A stretch of 64,000 bases of DNA, from contig CAWGTV010000002.1 in assembly GCA_963825615.1 (NCBI GenBank), forward strand, positions 29,520 through 93,519. Reading direction: 5' to 3'. This document shows positions 49,988-62,165 of the stretch, piece by piece. The stretch's first letter is position 1. Each line of letters opens with the position of its first letter. The notes under the pieces are model-generated. The model saw nothing but the letters and a program-made list of their open reading frames with translations. It did not search any database and was not told where the DNA came from. The translations under genes and the position numbers were made by a program. This DNA is from an uncultured delta proteobacterium (lineage in GTDB: Bacteria > Desulfobacterota > Desulfuromonadia > Desulfuromonadales > BM103).

Positions 49988-50821
49988 ATGCCGATGCTGC
50001 TCAACAACGCCCACTTCCGTAAAGTTAAAAAGCTGACCGGCCAGGCGGTCGGTGATTTCAACCTGATCGAGGCAGGTGACCGCATTGCGGTCGCCGTCTC
50101 GGGGGGCAAGGACTCCTATGCCTTGCTGCACATCCTCCACCAGCTACGCCGCCGGGCGCCCATCGACTACGAATTGATTGCGGTCAACATCGATGCCGGT
50201 TTCCCCGGTTACCGCAAGGATGTCCTGGAGTCATATCTGCATGACTGTGGATTCGAGGTGCACATGGAAACCACTGACTGCTCGCACATCATTGATGAAA
50301 ACCTGCGCCCCGGTTCCTCCTATTGCGCTTTTTGCGCCCGGCTACGTCGAGGGTTTCTCTACACCGTGGCAGATCGGCTCGGTTGCAATAAGGTTGCCTT
50401 GGGCCATCACCTCGATGATTTCATCGAAACGCTGTTGCTCAACCAGTTCTACATCGGTACCCTGGCGGCCATGAGTCCCAAGCTGCTGGCCGATAACGGC
50501 CGACACACGGTGATTCGCCCGCTGGTTTACGTGGAAGAATCCGATATAATCAAATTAGCTCGGCAGAACAATTTCCCGACCATCGATTGCGGTTGTCCCG
50601 TTATGGGACAGACTGACCAGAAGCGCAAGAGAATGAAGCAGTTGCTCACCGAGCTGCACAAGGAAAACCGACACCTGAAGCGCAGTATGATCCGCGCTCT
50701 GAGCAATGTGCGCCCGCGCCACCTTTTGGACCGAGAGCTGGTCAGGCTCATGGAACGCGACGGGCAGAGCTCTGAGGGCCCACTCACGGGGAGATATGGA
50801 CCCGCCACTGAGAACGAATGA
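49988..50821 (+). CDS. ttcA: tRNA 2-thiocytidine biosynthesis protein TtcA (PP-loop ATPase)
   Basis: PP-loop AVSGGKDSYALLH, plus the Cys motifs CAFCARLRRG and DCGCPV. Confidence 0.8.
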   Translation: MPMLLNNAHFRKVKKLTGQAVGDFNLIEAGDRIAVAVSGGKDSYALLHILHQLRRRAPIDYELIAVNIDAGFPGYRKDVLESYLHDCGFEVHMETTDCSHIIDENLRPGSSYCAFCARLRRGFLYTVADRLGCNKVALGHHLDDFIETLLLNQFYIGTLAAMSPKLLADNGRHTVIRPLVYVEESDIIKLARQNNFPTIDCGCPVMGQTDQKRKRMKQLLTELHKENRHLKRSMIRALSNVRPRHLLDRELVRLMERDGQSSEGPLTGRYGPATENE

Positions 50822-51575
50822 CCCTCTTGAGGTCAAACTGGCCGGGCAGGTGCAGAAACTGCTGCTGCCTAAAAGTTCTCCTGCCTCTAGCTGGTGCTGT
50901 ATGGCGGCGAGAAATCGCATGGCCAACGTGCTCGGCGGCGATTTTTACGATTTCATCGAGCTCGACGATGGTTGCCAGGTCGTCTTTGTCGGTGATGTGA
51001 CCGGTCACGGCCTGCATGCTTCGGTCGTCATGTCGCTGGTCTACGGGTTTATCCATTGCGCCGCACGCGGGGTGTGCAACCCATACAAGGTGGTTACTGA
51101 CCTCAATACGTTTTTGCGCACATTCGCCAGGCGGTCGCAACTTCTCGACCATTTTTTTTCAGCGACACTCTTTTTCGGTGTGATCGATCCCCACAGCCTG
51201 ACCATGAACTATGTCAATGCCGGCCACCCTGCTGGTTTGGTGCGCCGCAGGGATGCGCTATCGCGCTTGCCGGCGACTAGCCATCCCGTCGGCTACTTCG
51301 ATCCGGCGGAATTCAAGGTGGATAAGTTCCAGCTGGAAGCTGGCGACCGCTTGCTGTTGTACACAGACGGGGTCCTTGATAGCTGCAACCCGGACGGCGA
51401 GATGTACGGTGCTGCACGACTCGATGATGCTTTCCGCAGATTTGATGGCGATCATATGCTATTTTTAGAGCGACTTTTTGCCGAGATCACCGATTATCTT
51501 GCTGGGCAACCGCCCTTTGACGACTGTACGGCGATCGTGGTTGACTTGCATGGGTCCAGTTTAGGCGGGGGATAG
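50796..51575 (+). CDS. PP2C/SpoIIE-family serine phosphatase
   Basis: Motifs GGDFYDF and GDVTGHGLHASVVMS. The ATG at 50796 has a GGGGAGA SD and overlaps the ttcA end by 26 nt. Confidence 0.75.
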   Translation: MDPPLRTNDPLEVKLAGQVQKLLLPKSSPASSWCCMAARNRMANVLGGDFYDFIELDDGCQVVFVGDVTGHGLHASVVMSLVYGFIHCAARGVCNPYKVVTDLNTFLRTFARRSQLLDHFFSATLFFGVIDPHSLTMNYVNAGHPAGLVRRRDALSRLPATSHPVGYFDPAEFKVDKFQLEAGDRLLLYTDGVLDSCNPDGEMYGAARLDDAFRRFDGDHMLFLERLFAEITDYLAGQPPFDDCTAIVVDLHGSSLGGG

Positions 51576-51579
51576 TGGC

Positions 51580-52284
51580 ATGGTCTTGTTAGGTGGTAGA
51601 GAATCTGATGTCAAGCAGGTCGCGGTTGTGACCCGCAACCAGAAATTCGCCAGGATTTTATGCAGCATTCTGGCAGATTGGAAGTTTTTTGCCGTAGACG
51701 ATCTCTCCGCGGCAAAAGTCGTGTTTGCTGAGCGCGGGGTGCATTTGCCAGCCCATGTCAGCAAGGTGGTCTGGTTGACGCCCATGCCGCTCGTGGCTGG
51801 GACCTTCCTGCAAACCCCCATTTGCCTTACCGAACTCTATCAGCTTCTCGAGGGTCAGTACTTCCCGAATCCCCGGCGCAATATTCGCATTTCCTTGGCT
51901 CTGGAGGTTGACCTGCAGATAGAAGGGGCTTGGCTGACCGGCCGTATGATCTCACTCTCCGATCGCGGCGGTCGTATCCAGTGTGCGGCGGAAATACCCA
52001 AGGGCAGGCGGGTGCATCTCGAAGTGAACCTGGCCGGCAGATTGCTGAAGCTTGACGCAGAGGTTCTCTATTGTGTGCCGGGGGGAGATTCGCCGGGGAC
52101 CTCGCAGCCCCAGACCGGCGTCCTCTTCAAACCGGCCAGCGATCGTGAATTCAACCTGATCCGTCACTTTATCGAAACTACCTGTATCGAACAGGCCTGT
52201 GCCAGGGAGGGGATTGCCTTGAAAGATCCCTGCGTCAGCTGGTTCGATGAGCCGACCGACCCCTGGAGTACAACTTGCAGATGA
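51580..52284 (+). CDS. PilZ-domain protein with an N-terminal receiver-like extension
   Basis: Canonical c-di-GMP motifs RRNIR and SLSDRGG. It starts 4 nt after the phosphatase stop. Confidence 0.65.
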   Translation: MVLLGGRESDVKQVAVVTRNQKFARILCSILADWKFFAVDDLSAAKVVFAERGVHLPAHVSKVVWLTPMPLVAGTFLQTPICLTELYQLLEGQYFPNPRRNIRISLALEVDLQIEGAWLTGRMISLSDRGGRIQCAAEIPKGRRVHLEVNLAGRLLKLDAEVLYCVPGGDSPGTSQPQTGVLFKPASDREFNLIRHFIETTCIEQACAREGIALKDPCVSWFDEPTDPWSTTCR

Positions 52285-54156
52285 TCAGTTGTACATCTTG
52301 CCGAACAGACCCTTTTTCTCTTTGTCGACTTCTCCCTTGCGCATGCTCATCGCACGCAGTTCCCTGAGGGTCTCGGTACAATTCGGGTTGTACGGGATCG
52401 CTCTTTCGAAACGCCGCTGGGCTTCCTTCTCTTTGCCTTCATCCGTGCTTCTATAGCCGAGGTACAAATGTGCCTGGCTCAACCTGGGATTCAGCTCGGT
52501 AGCTCACATCAGGTTTTACGGCTATTGATAATCACATCCGGTGCCCCTCTATCGGCCTTGTAAGCTGACCATGCCTGGAACATGAGGTATTCGGCTTCGT
52601 TGGGACTGAGTTCTACAGCGTCGGCAAAGGCTTTCTACGCGGCATCATATTTCTTGACGCGGAAGAGGCCCATGCCTTTCTGGAAGGCGGTCTCCGCTTC
52701 GAGGATGGTTTCCAGGCTCGTGGTCGTGCCGGAGGATATCCCTTTGCGATCGTTGAGGTAGCGCGCCTTGGCGGTTGCGTCGCTCAGCGTTTCATGGGCA
52801 TCGCTGATGCGCTGGAAGAGGGCATTGACCTTGTCCTTCAGGTCGAGCAGGACATCCTCCTCGAAAAAGCGGTCCGGGTGATATTTCTTGACCAGGCTGT
52901 GATAGGATTTGCGGACCTGCTCCCTGGAGTCAGATTCGCTCACGCCGAGCAGGGTGAAGTAATCCTGCGTCCATCATCCAGGCATAATCTTTCAGGAAGC
53001 TTTCCCGCCGGGAGCGAACATCCCTGGCCTCGCCGCAGTCGGCATCCTCGGCTTGCGCCTCCGGTTCGCTGCGCCCGACCAGGATGCCGGTACTCAGGAG
53101 CGTGGCCAGGAGCGGTTCCGCCTCTTTGCGCGACAGCAGATGCCTTTTGAGCACTTCGCGCAGGGTGGTCTTCCCCTGGCAACTGTCCAGGATGCGTTGT
53201 TCGCTGGCAGTGAGCTGGATTTCCTGGAAGCGGTAAAGCGGGTTCTCGGCCAGTTGCAGGTAGTGGTCGAGGTGCGGCTCAAGAATCTTCAGCAGCTGTT
53301 CGCGACCGGCATAGTCGCGCAGACCCCTGCAGGATCAGGTTGGCCGGCGACAGGTCGATGCTGGTTATCCCCTGTTTGAACTCGCGGGCCTGTACGAATC
53401 GGTAGCTGCCGTCCGGCCAGGAAAAGGTGTCGAGGAGTTTTTCCAGAACCTGCTTGCGCAGCACGTCGTTCAGCTGATGTGGCGTAATCAGCCCCATCTC
53501 GATCAGCGCCATGCCATGGCGCTGGCCATTCTCCTTGGCGATCTCAAGGGATTTCTGCAGCTGTTCGGCACTGAGATTGCCGGTGCGCACGAGCATCTGG
53601 CCGAGGAACTCCTTCACCAGGTTTGAGCGCACGAAAATCGGATAGCCGTTGCGAATGTAGACGACCTTCTTGACGCCGTTGCTCTCCAGGTGCAGCAGTC
53701 CGGTCGCCCGCAAACTGTAGAGGTTGTGCAGGACACGCGGCAGTCCTGTCTCGGAGAGCTTTTCCTCGACGCTGAGGCATTCTGCCTCTGTCGCGGCTGT
53801 CGGCACACCGATCAGGGCATCAATCTTCTCGTGGAGGGTCTTCAGGGGGAAGGGCTTGAGCAGGTAGTCGCGTCGCCCCGTACTGCTCGCGGGCTTCGCA
53901 GATATGGTCCGTCTGCTTGTAAAAAGCAGTCATCATGATGACCGGCAGCTCTTTGGTCTTCGACAGAGACCTGAGCTAACGGCAGAGTGCAGACCGTTGG
54001 TTCCTGGCAGGAGGATGTCCAGGAGTGTAGGTCAAACTCGTGATTGTTCAGTGCCCGCAAGGCTTCTTCCGCTTCTGCAAAACTATGGACCTTGTAGCCG
54101 CGCAGGCGCAGCGATTCGGAAATGAAGCGGCGGATATTCGGATCGTCGTCGACCAA
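52285..54156 (-). pseudogene. Response-regulator receiver / DUF4388 / DnaJ (J-domain) / TPR multidomain protein, multiple frame changes
   Basis: Receiver ILLVDDDPNIRRFISESL...; DUF4388 GLPRVLHNLYSLRATGLLHLESNGVKKVVYIRNGYPIF; J domain KSYHSLVKKYHPDRF; TPR tail. These are spread over track ORFs 53842-54156, 53279-53806, 52930-53154, 52635-52943 and 52285-52482 in different frames. Confidence 0.6.
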
Positions 54157-54191
54157 TAGAATGTGCTTGCTGTCCTCCTCAGAACGTCATG

Positions 54192-57100
54192 TTAAGCGCT
54201 CTCCGTGCAATTCAGGATGCGGTCGAATACCTCGCGAATGGTTTGGGTCGTCCCGGCATAGTCTTCCAAGAAAAGTTTTTCCGGTCGCCCATGGGCATCG
54301 GGGTAGCCCAGATGACGGGCCAGTTTTGCCAGGTAAGCGGGCTCGGCAGTCAACTCGTTGACCGACTGGTCGTGCACCAGGCGCAACTTGTTTTCCAGGC
54401 GGCGCAGGAACTTGTAGCCGGACACCAGAGGCTCACAGTCCTTTTTTGAAATCAAGCCTTCGCTCTGTAGGATCGCGGAGGGCATCCACCGTGTTGCGGC
54501 AGCGCAGTGTCGGCCTGTCCCTGCCGTGTCGCAGCTGCAGATACTGGGCAATGAATTCAACGTCAACCATGCCACCGCGGCCGGTTTTGATGTTGCGGTG
54601 CTGCGCGTCTTCTTTGCCGAGTTCTTTCTCCATGCGCTGGCGCAAGCGACAGATCTCTTCAGCAAGATTTTCCGGCAGGGGTCGCTCGTAGACGATCGCC
54701 GCGGTGAGGGCATCGAAATTTGCCGCCAGTTCCGTCGCCCCGGCAACTACCCTGGCCTTGATCAGCGCCTGTCGCTCCCATGGTGCGGCAGAGCTCTTGT
54801 GGTATTCGCGATATGCCGGCAGGGATGACACCAGCGGCCCCTGGTTGCCGGATGGTCGCAGGCGGGTATCGATTTCGTAAACATAGCCTTCCTGGGTCAT
54901 CAAGGTCAGAACCGAGATGATTCTCTGGGCAAGCCGTGCAAAATACTGTTGGTTGGTCTGTGGCCTGAATCGCTCCGAGGTCGGTCCCGGTAGCCGGCCG
55001 GGTGTTGCCTTCCCCTTCATAAATGAAGATGATGTCGAGGTCGGAGTGGTAGTTGAGCTCCATGCCGCCGAGCTTGCCCATGCCGATAATGGCAAATTCC
55101 GCTTCATGGGATGCGCCATTGTCGTTCTGGCAAAATGGCAAACCGTAGCGTTCCAGTAACTCCTCCCTGGCGACGTCGAGAGCGCACTGCAAGCAGACAT
55201 CGGCCACCAGGGAGATCTGGCTTGTCGTTTGCCCTTGAGGCGTGTGGCCATGAATATCGTTGAGGGCGATGCGCAGAAACTCTTCGTTGCGGAAGCGCCG
55301 CAGGGTGTTCAACTTGTCCTCGTAATGTGATGCGTTACTCATCTGCCCGGCCAGTTCGTCGGCGAGCTCTTCGGCACTCTTAAGGTTGCGGGCGTAGCTT
55401 GTTGAAACCAGGGAGTCGAGGACTTCTGGGTGCTGAATGAAATTGCGAGTGAGAAACTGGCTGGTCGCAAACAGGGAGACCAGGACCTTGATGATTTGCG
55501 GATTCTCGGCGAGCAGGGCGTAGTAGGTGCCGCGCGCCCGGCGACAGGCTTCAAGGAACTTTTCCATGTTCCCCAGGGCCATGGGCGGATCCGGGCTGAG
55601 CAGGACTTCCTGGAAGAGCAAGGGCGCAATGCGGTCAAGCTGGCGGCGCGCCCGTTCGGTCAGATACCCTTTGGTGCCACCTTGGCGCAAGACGGTCAGA
55701 CTCTCGTAAGCGCCTTCCGGAGGGCGGAACCCCTTCCCTTCGAGAATATCTAGGCAATAGTCCGGGTCAGCGTTGGCGTCGAACAGGATAGCCACCTCGG
55801 GGCTGACCTGAGTCGGCAGCTCTTCTTCGCTGGTGTAGAAAAGATCGCGGAAAATCGCCGTGACTTTGCCCCGGTGCTGCTGCAGTGCCGTCATGAATTG
55901 ATCGGTGTCTGCAAAGCCGCAGCGCCTGGCCAGCGACGTGAGCTCTTCAGGGCGCGTCGGCAGGTTGTGGGTCTGCTGCTCGTGGACCACCTGGATGCGG
56001 TGCTCAACGGTACGCAGAAAGCGGTAGGCAGCACTCAGGTCATCCCGCTCCTCGATAGTGATCAACTTCTCGGCGCAGAGCACCTGCAGGGCTTCGAGGG
56101 AATTGCGCAACCGCAGGCGTGGATTCTTACCGGCGTTGATCAATTGCAGGGCCTGGATGAAGAACTCAATTTCACGGATGCCGCCCCGGCCCAGTTTGAG
56201 GTTGCGTTCCCCTTCCTGCTCGCGCGTCAGGCTGCGGTCGATCTTCTGCTTCATGACCTTGATGTCATCGATCATGGCGTAATCGAGGTGGCGGCGGTAG
56301 ATGAATGGCTGCAAACGTTGCAATAGCTGCTCGCCGAGCTCCTTCGAGCCAGCCACCGGGCGGGCTTTGAGCATGGCCGAACGTTCCCAGCTCTGACCCC
56401 AGCTCTCATAGTAGGTTTCGCCGGCGGCGATCGAGTTTGCCATCTCGCCGCTGTTCCCTTCAGGGCGCAGGCGCAGGTCGACGCGGAAGACGAAACCGTC
56501 TTCCGTAGCTTGCCCGATGGCCCGGGTGATCAGCTCCGATAGTTTGACAAAGTATTGGTGTAGCGATATGCGGTTGCGCAGCCCGCGCACAGGGTCGTCA
56601 AAGCCCGTGGTCTGGCCGCGATCGGAACTGTAAAAGTAGATCAGGTCGATGTCGGAAGAGAAGTTCAATTCGCAACCACCGAACTTGCCCATGCCGAGAA
56701 TGGTGAATTGGGCTTCCTCGGCAGGGTGTTTGCCCACGGGGTCTAGAAGCGGTACGCCGTATTCGGCCTGCAATTGCAGCCTGCAGACTTCGAAGGCCCT
56801 TTGCAGGGTTGCGGCCGCTAGCGCGGAGAGCTCGGCCGTGACTTCCTCGAGTTCGGCCAGGCCGCAGAGGTCGCGACCGCCGATCCGCAGCATTTCCTGG
56901 GCCTTGAAGATGCGCAGCCCTTTCTTGAGGGCCGCCATATCGGCGTGGTCGGCAATTAACTCGCGCAGTTCACTGCACATTTGCTCTTCGGTTTTTCTGC
57001 TGCTGATTTGCCCCTTGCGAAACAACCCGGCGAAAAAATTTGCCCGGCGGCAGAGAATGCCGGCCAGGAAAGGGGATGCCCCGAGAATCGTGAGTAATTG

Positions 57101-57388
57101 GCGGGCAGAGGTCGCATCGATGAGAACGATTGGCAGGTCGGTTTGGTCGGCTGTACCGCTCAGGCGTTCGAGATTGTTAAGCGCCAGGTCCGGATCGGCG
57201 GTGGCCAATGCCTGCTCGGCGAGGGTGACGACAAGTCGCGGGTCGGTCAACGCCTGCTGCAGCAGGACGAGGTTGGTTGCGGTTTTGGCCGGCTCGGCAA
57301 AGCCGGCTTTGGCAGCACTGGTCGCCAGCGCCGTTTCATCGCCAGCGAGGAGCTGATCCTGCCATGTCTGGGACTCTGTGAAACTCAT
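54192..57388 (-). pseudogene. glnE: Bifunctional glutamine synthetase adenylyltransferase/adenylyl-removing enzyme, two frame changes in the C-terminal half
   Basis: Two nucleotidyltransferase repeats (GMGKFGGCELNFSSDIDLIYFY and GMGKLGGMELNYHSDLDIIFIY). The continuation QQYFARLAQRII...EIDTRLRPSG is in ORF 54433-55251 and the tail is in ORF 54192-54746. The changes lie near 54950-55010 and 54470-54490. Confidence 0.85.
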
Positions 57389-57396
57389 GTGGTTGA

Positions 57397-58473
57397 CTAT
57401 CCACTCTTGCGCACAAAGGCTGCCAGCTGTACGAGATAGTCGCCCTTGGCGACGCCATGTTCGGTGATGATGGCGCTGACCAGCCGGGCCGGGGTGACGT
57501 CGAAGGCCGGGTTGTACACGGCAATCTCCGCTGGCGCCAACTGCTGCTCGCCGATGTGGGTGACCTCGCGGGCATCGCGCTCTTCAATCGGAATCTGCGA
57601 GCCGTCGGGGATCTGCAGGTCGATGGTTGAAGTCGGTGCGGCTACGTAGAAGGGGATGTTGTGCTCCCTGGCCAGGACGGCGACCGTGTAGGTGCCGATC
57701 TTGTTGGCGACATCGCCGTTCGCGGCAATCCGGTCGGCACCGACGATCACCGCATCGATGGCGCCCTTGGACATCAGGTAGCCAGCCATGTTGTCACAGA
57801 TCAGGACCGTCGGGATATGGTCTTGCTGCAGTTCCCAGGCGGTCAATCGCGACCCCTGCAGGAAAGGGCGGGTTTCATCGGCAAAGACGGACACCTGTTT
57901 GCCGGCCGCCACGGCCGCACGGATGACGCCGAGGGCCGTGCCGTAGCCGCCGGTGGCGAGGGCCCCGGCGTTGCAATGGGTCAGGATGCGGACCTCGTCC
58001 GGGAGCAGCGCGGCACCGTGGCGCCCCATGCTCATGTTGATGCGGATGTCCTCCTCGTTGATCGCCATGGCCTCGTACTCGAGGCCGATCTTCAGGTTGC
58101 CGACGGGTTGATCGGCGTTGGCGCGCACCAGGCTCTGCATGCGCTCCAGGGCCCAGAAGAGGTTGACTGCCGTGGGTCGAGTGGCAGCCAGCACTGCGCA
58201 CACCTGGTTGAATGCGACGACAAAATCATTGTAATTGTCTGCCTCGATGGCGCGGGCACCGAAGTAGGCACCGTAGGCGGCGGTCACACCGATGGCGGGC
58301 GCACCGCGTACGACCATGCTGCGAATCGCTTCGGCGACCTCGCGATAATCAGTGTATTCCAACCAGATCTCTTCGCTCGGTAGGCGTCGCTGGTCGATCA
58401 GACGCAGAACGCCGTCGCTGTACTTGATCGGGCGGATACCCGCGGCGTTGGGGAAAAAATCACAATTGCTCAT
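57397..58473 (-). CDS. mtnA: S-methyl-5-thioribose-1-phosphate isomerase (eIF-2B alpha/beta/delta family)
   Basis: 358 aa. N-terminus [10 protein letters not shown] and the segment [13 protein letters not shown] are typical of MtnA. Confidence 0.8.
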   Translation of the reverse strand: MSNCDFFPNAAGIRPIKYSDGVLRLIDQRRLPSEEIWLEYTDYREVAEAIRSMVVRGAPAIGVTAAYGAYFGARAIEADNYNDFVVAFNQVCAVLAATRPTAVNLFWALERMQSLVRANADQPVGNLKIGLEYEAMAINEEDIRINMSMGRHGAALLPDEVRILTHCNAGALATGGYGTALGVIRAAVAAGKQVSVFADETRPFLQGSRLTAWELQQDHIPTVLICDNMAGYLMSKGAIDAVIVGADRIAANGDVANKIGTYTVAVLAREHNIPFYVAAPTSTIDLQIPDGSQIPIEERDAREVTHIGEQQLAPAEIAVYNPAFDVTPARLVSAIITEHGVAKGDYLVQLAAFVRKSG

Positions 58474-58592
58474 GGCTTACGTCCCGTTCTTTGATGAGGA
58501 GGCCGGAGAAAGCATACACAAGACAGAGGGTTGTCTTTGAGACTCCTTCAGTATTTTACCTTCTGTGCCCTGTATTCGCGATTGCCCCCGCG

Positions 58593-60035
58593 TCATCCTT
58601 GCAGTTTCTTTTTCAACAACTGATTCACCATGCCGGGATTGGCCTTACCCTGACTGGCCTGCATGACCTTGCCGACGAAAAAGCCGATCAGTTTGTCCTT
58701 GCCGGCCAGGTACTCGGCCACCTGCTCCGGATTGGCAGCAATGACCTCGTCGACCAGTTCTTCGATCGCTCCCGTGTCGGTCACCTGCTTGAGTCCCTCC
58801 GATGCGATGATCTGGTCGGCGGTCTGGCCGCTGAGCCACATCTTCTCAAAGACGGTCTTGGCGATTTTGCCGGAGATGGTGTTGTCAGCGATGCGTGCGA
58901 GCAGGCCACTGAGCCGCTCCGGTGTCACCGGGGCGGCGACAATCGTGGCCTCGGTTTCCTTGAGCTTGCGCAGCACCTCGCCCATGACCCAGTTGGCGCA
59001 GGCCTTGGCATCTTTGGCGAGAGCGACACAGGCGTCGAAATAATCGGCCACGACACGGTCGGCGGCAAGAACTTCGGCATCGTAGGCCGGTAGCCCCAAA
59101 TCTTCGACAAAACGCCTGCGCTTGGCATCCGGCAGCTCGGGAAGGGTCGAACGCACTTCTTCGAGCCATTCCGGGCTGATCACCAGGGGGACCAGGTCGG
59201 GGTCGGGGAAGTAGCGGTAGTCGTGTGCCTCTTCCTTGCCGCGCATGGAACGGGTCATCCCAGTGTTGCTGTCGAACAGGCGGGTCTCCTGGACAACCTT
59301 GCCGCCGCTCTCGATCAGGTCAATCTGGCGGTCCACCTCGTATTCGATTGCCTGTTTGATGAAGCGGAAGGAGTTGATGTTCTTCAGCTCCGCGCGAGTG
59401 CCGAATTCTTTCTGGCCGCTGGGGCGGACCGAGACGTTGGCATCGCAGCGGAAGCTGCCTTCTTCGAGATTGCCGTCACAGACGCCGAGATAAACCACGA
59501 TCTGGTGCAATTTCTTCAGGTAGGAAATGGCTTCGTCGGCCGAGCGCAGGTCTGGTTCTGAAACGATTTCCAGCAACGGTGTACAGGCGCGGTTGAGGTC
59601 GACCAGGGAGCAGCCGGCGGTGTCCGGCGTTTCGCCATGGATCAGTTTGCCGGCGTCTTCTTCCATGTGCGCACGGGTAATGCCGATGCGTTTGCCAACA
59701 CCCCCGTCCAGGTCAATCTCTAGCCAGCCGTGCTCGCAGACCGGCAGCTCGAACTGCGAGATCTGATACCCCTTAGGCAGGTCAGGATAGAAGTAGTTCT
59801 TTCGGGCGAAGATCGAGCGCGGCGTGATTCGGCAGTTGGTTGCCAGTCCGGTGCGGATGGCCAGTTCCACCGCTTTGCGATTCAGGACCGGTAGGGCGCC
59901 AGGCAGGCCGAGGCAGACCGGGCAGGTCTGTGAGTTGGGCGTCTGGCCGAATGCTGTCGAACAGCCGCAGAAGATCTTGGTCCTGGTCGTCAACTGGACG
60001 TGCACTTCCAGGCCGATGACAGTTTCGTAATTCAT
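58593..60035 (-). CDS. gatB: Asp/Glu-tRNA amidotransferase subunit B
   Basis: The start is set at [15 protein letters not shown] (ATG 60035, AGAGG SD). Full-length GatB. Confidence 0.9.
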   Translation of the reverse strand: MNYETVIGLEVHVQLTTRTKIFCGCSTAFGQTPNSQTCPVCLGLPGALPVLNRKAVELAIRTGLATNCRITPRSIFARKNYFYPDLPKGYQISQFELPVCEHGWLEIDLDGGVGKRIGITRAHMEEDAGKLIHGETPDTAGCSLVDLNRACTPLLEIVSEPDLRSADEAISYLKKLHQIVVYLGVCDGNLEEGSFRCDANVSVRPSGQKEFGTRAELKNINSFRFIKQAIEYEVDRQIDLIESGGKVVQETRLFDSNTGMTRSMRGKEEAHDYRYFPDPDLVPLVISPEWLEEVRSTLPELPDAKRRRFVEDLGLPAYDAEVLAADRVVADYFDACVALAKDAKACANWVMGEVLRKLKETEATIVAAPVTPERLSGLLARIADNTISGKIAKTVFEKMWLSGQTADQIIASEGLKQVTDTGAIEELVDEVIAANPEQVAEYLAGKDKLIGFFVGKVMQASQGKANPGMVNQLLKKKLQG

Positions 60036-60116
60036 TGAGAACCTCTGTATTATGAGAACACAGAACACAGAAGGCAGGATGGGCTCATGAGCCTTTTTTC
60101 TCCTGTGTTCCTCCTT

Positions 60117-61574
60117 CTAAATCTCCGCTGTCCGCTTGTGCCAAGCCGTTGCCTGCTCGAACGCGTGTGCGGTGCGCAGGATGGTCGCTTCGTCGAAAGG
60201 CTTGCCGATCAGCTGCACGCCGATCGGCAGACCCTCTGTCGAGAAGCCGCAGGGCAGACTCATGGCACAGGTGCCGGCCAGGTTGACCGGAATGGTGTAG
60301 ATATCCGACAGGTACATCTGCAGGGGATCGTTGACCTTTTCTCCCAGGGCGAAGGCCGGGGTCGGCGCCACCGGCGTCAACAGGGTGTCAACTTTGGCAA
60401 AGGCCTCGAGAAAGTCCTGGCGGATCAGTGTCCTGACTTTCTGCGCCTTGAGGTAGTAGGCGTCGTAGTAGCCCGAAGAGAGGGCGTAGGTGCCGAGCAT
60501 GATGCGGCGCTTGACTTCGGCGCCGAAACCGGCGGCCCGGGTCTGCATGTACATGTCGATCAGGTTTTCGGCCCGGTCGGCGCGCAGGCCGAAACGCACG
60601 CCATCGTAGCGGGCCAGATTGCTCGAAGCCTCGGCGGTGGCGATGAGGTAGTAGCAGGCCACGGCATAGGCGGTATGCGGCAGGGAGACCTCGACAATCT
60701 CTGCCCCGAGATCGCGGTAGGTTGCCGCTGCTTGTTCGATGGCTTTGCGCACATCCTCATCCAGGCCGGCGATGAAATATTCCTGCGGCAGGCCGATGCG
60801 CAAGCCTTTCAGGTCGCCGCTCAGGCTGGCCTGGTAATCGGGGATCGCTGTATTAACAGAGGTCGAATCAGCAGAATCATGGCCGGCAATCGCCTGCAGC
60901 ATGAGTGCGCAGTCGCGCACGTCGCGGGTGACCGGGCCGACCTGGTCGAGTGACGAAGCGTAGGCAATCACCCCGTAGCGGGAGACGCGCCCATAGGTCG
61001 GCTTTAGGCCGACAACGCTGCAGTGCGCAGCGGGTTGCCGGATCGAGCCCCCGGTGTCGGTGCCGAGCGCCGCTGCGGCCTGGCGGGCGGCGATGCAGGC
61101 GGCGCTGCCGCCCGAAGAGCCGCCTGGAACATGGGTGAGCTTCCATGGGTTGCGTACCGCGCCAAAAGCGCTGTTCTCGTTGGAGCTGCCCATGGCGAAC
61201 TCGTCCATGTTCAGCTTGCCGATAATCACTGCCTGCTGCGCTTTGATGCGGGCAATGACCGTGGCGTCGTAAGGTGATATATAACCGTCCAGGATGCGGG
61301 AGCCGCAGGTGGTGGGCAGCCCGGCGGTGTTGAAGATGTCTTTTGCGGCGATCGGCAAACCGGTCAGGGGTGCTGCCTCACCGGCCGCAATCCGCCGGTC
61401 GGCGGCCTGCGCTTCGGCAAGAGCCGTTTCGTCGCAGACGGTAATGAAGGTGTTGAGGACAGGATTGGTCGTTGCGATTCGATCCAGGTAGGCTTGGGTT
61501 ATCTCAACGGCCGAGAGTTCCCGCTTGTCCAGTCCGGATCGCAATTCGGCCAGGGTCAGGTCGCAAATCGTCAT
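60117..61574 (-). CDS. gatA: Glu-tRNA(Gln) amidotransferase subunit A
   Basis: The start is set at [11 protein letters not shown] (ATG 61574). Amidase signature GGSSGGSAA. Confidence 0.9.
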   Translation of the reverse strand: MTICDLTLAELRSGLDKRELSAVEITQAYLDRIATTNPVLNTFITVCDETALAEAQAADRRIAAGEAAPLTGLPIAAKDIFNTAGLPTTCGSRILDGYISPYDATVIARIKAQQAVIIGKLNMDEFAMGSSNENSAFGAVRNPWKLTHVPGGSSGGSAACIAARQAAAALGTDTGGSIRQPAAHCSVVGLKPTYGRVSRYGVIAYASSLDQVGPVTRDVRDCALMLQAIAGHDSADSTSVNTAIPDYQASLSGDLKGLRIGLPQEYFIAGLDEDVRKAIEQAAATYRDLGAEIVEVSLPHTAYAVACYYLIATAEASSNLARYDGVRFGLRADRAENLIDMYMQTRAAGFGAEVKRRIMLGTYALSSGYYDAYYLKAQKVRTLIRQDFLEAFAKVDTLLTPVAPTPAFALGEKVNDPLQMYLSDIYTIPVNLAGTCAMSLPCGFSTEGLPIGVQLIGKPFDEATILRTAHAFEQATAWHKRTAEI

Positions 61575-61602
61575 AATGAGTTGTCCGAGAAAAGATAAAA
61601 GT

Positions 61603-61890
61603 TTATTCGATGACCCGGCGGACCCGGAATGCACTGTCAGCGGCGTCCGGGGCGTTGCTCAGAGCTTGCTCAGGAGTAAAGCTGGGTCTGACTACATCGT
61701 CACGGAAGGCATTTTCCATCGGAACGGCATGGGCGGTTGGTACAATGCCGTCAGTGTCAAGGCCTTTAAGCTGCTCCACGTAGTCGAGAATGGCATCCAT
61801 CTCGCCGGTAAGAGAGTCGAGTTCATCATCGCTCAAGGCCAGACGGGCCAGGCGACTGACATGCTCGACTTCTGCACGGGTAATTTTCAT
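61603..61890 (-). CDS. gatC: Asp/Glu-tRNA amidotransferase subunit C
   Basis: The start is set at [19 protein letters not shown] (ATG 61890, GGAGG SD). 95 aa. Confidence 0.85.
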   Translation of the reverse strand: MKITRAEVEHVSRLARLALSDDELDSLTGEMDAILDYVEQLKGLDTDGIVPTAHAVPMENAFRDDVVRPSFTPEQALSNAPDAADSAFRVRRVIE

Positions 61891-62165
61891 TGTCCGGTAA
61901 ACCTCCAGGGCTTGGTCTCGTCTAAGAAAGCGAGTAAGAAAACTAGCACGGGCTCCCATGATATGGCAAGCGTGACAAGCTGGTTCCCGTCCGGTTTCCG
62001 CTGTGGTCCGTTTGTTAGTCAACAAAATTCGGTTGCTAAAATCGGCAGGAGTGACACAGTATACAGTAGAAGTCTCGAATGAACATGCTAAGGCAGAGAC
62101 CGGTTAATAGCCTCCATGCTCATCGACTTCTATACAACGAGAAAGCAAAAATCAAGGGAGGATGT

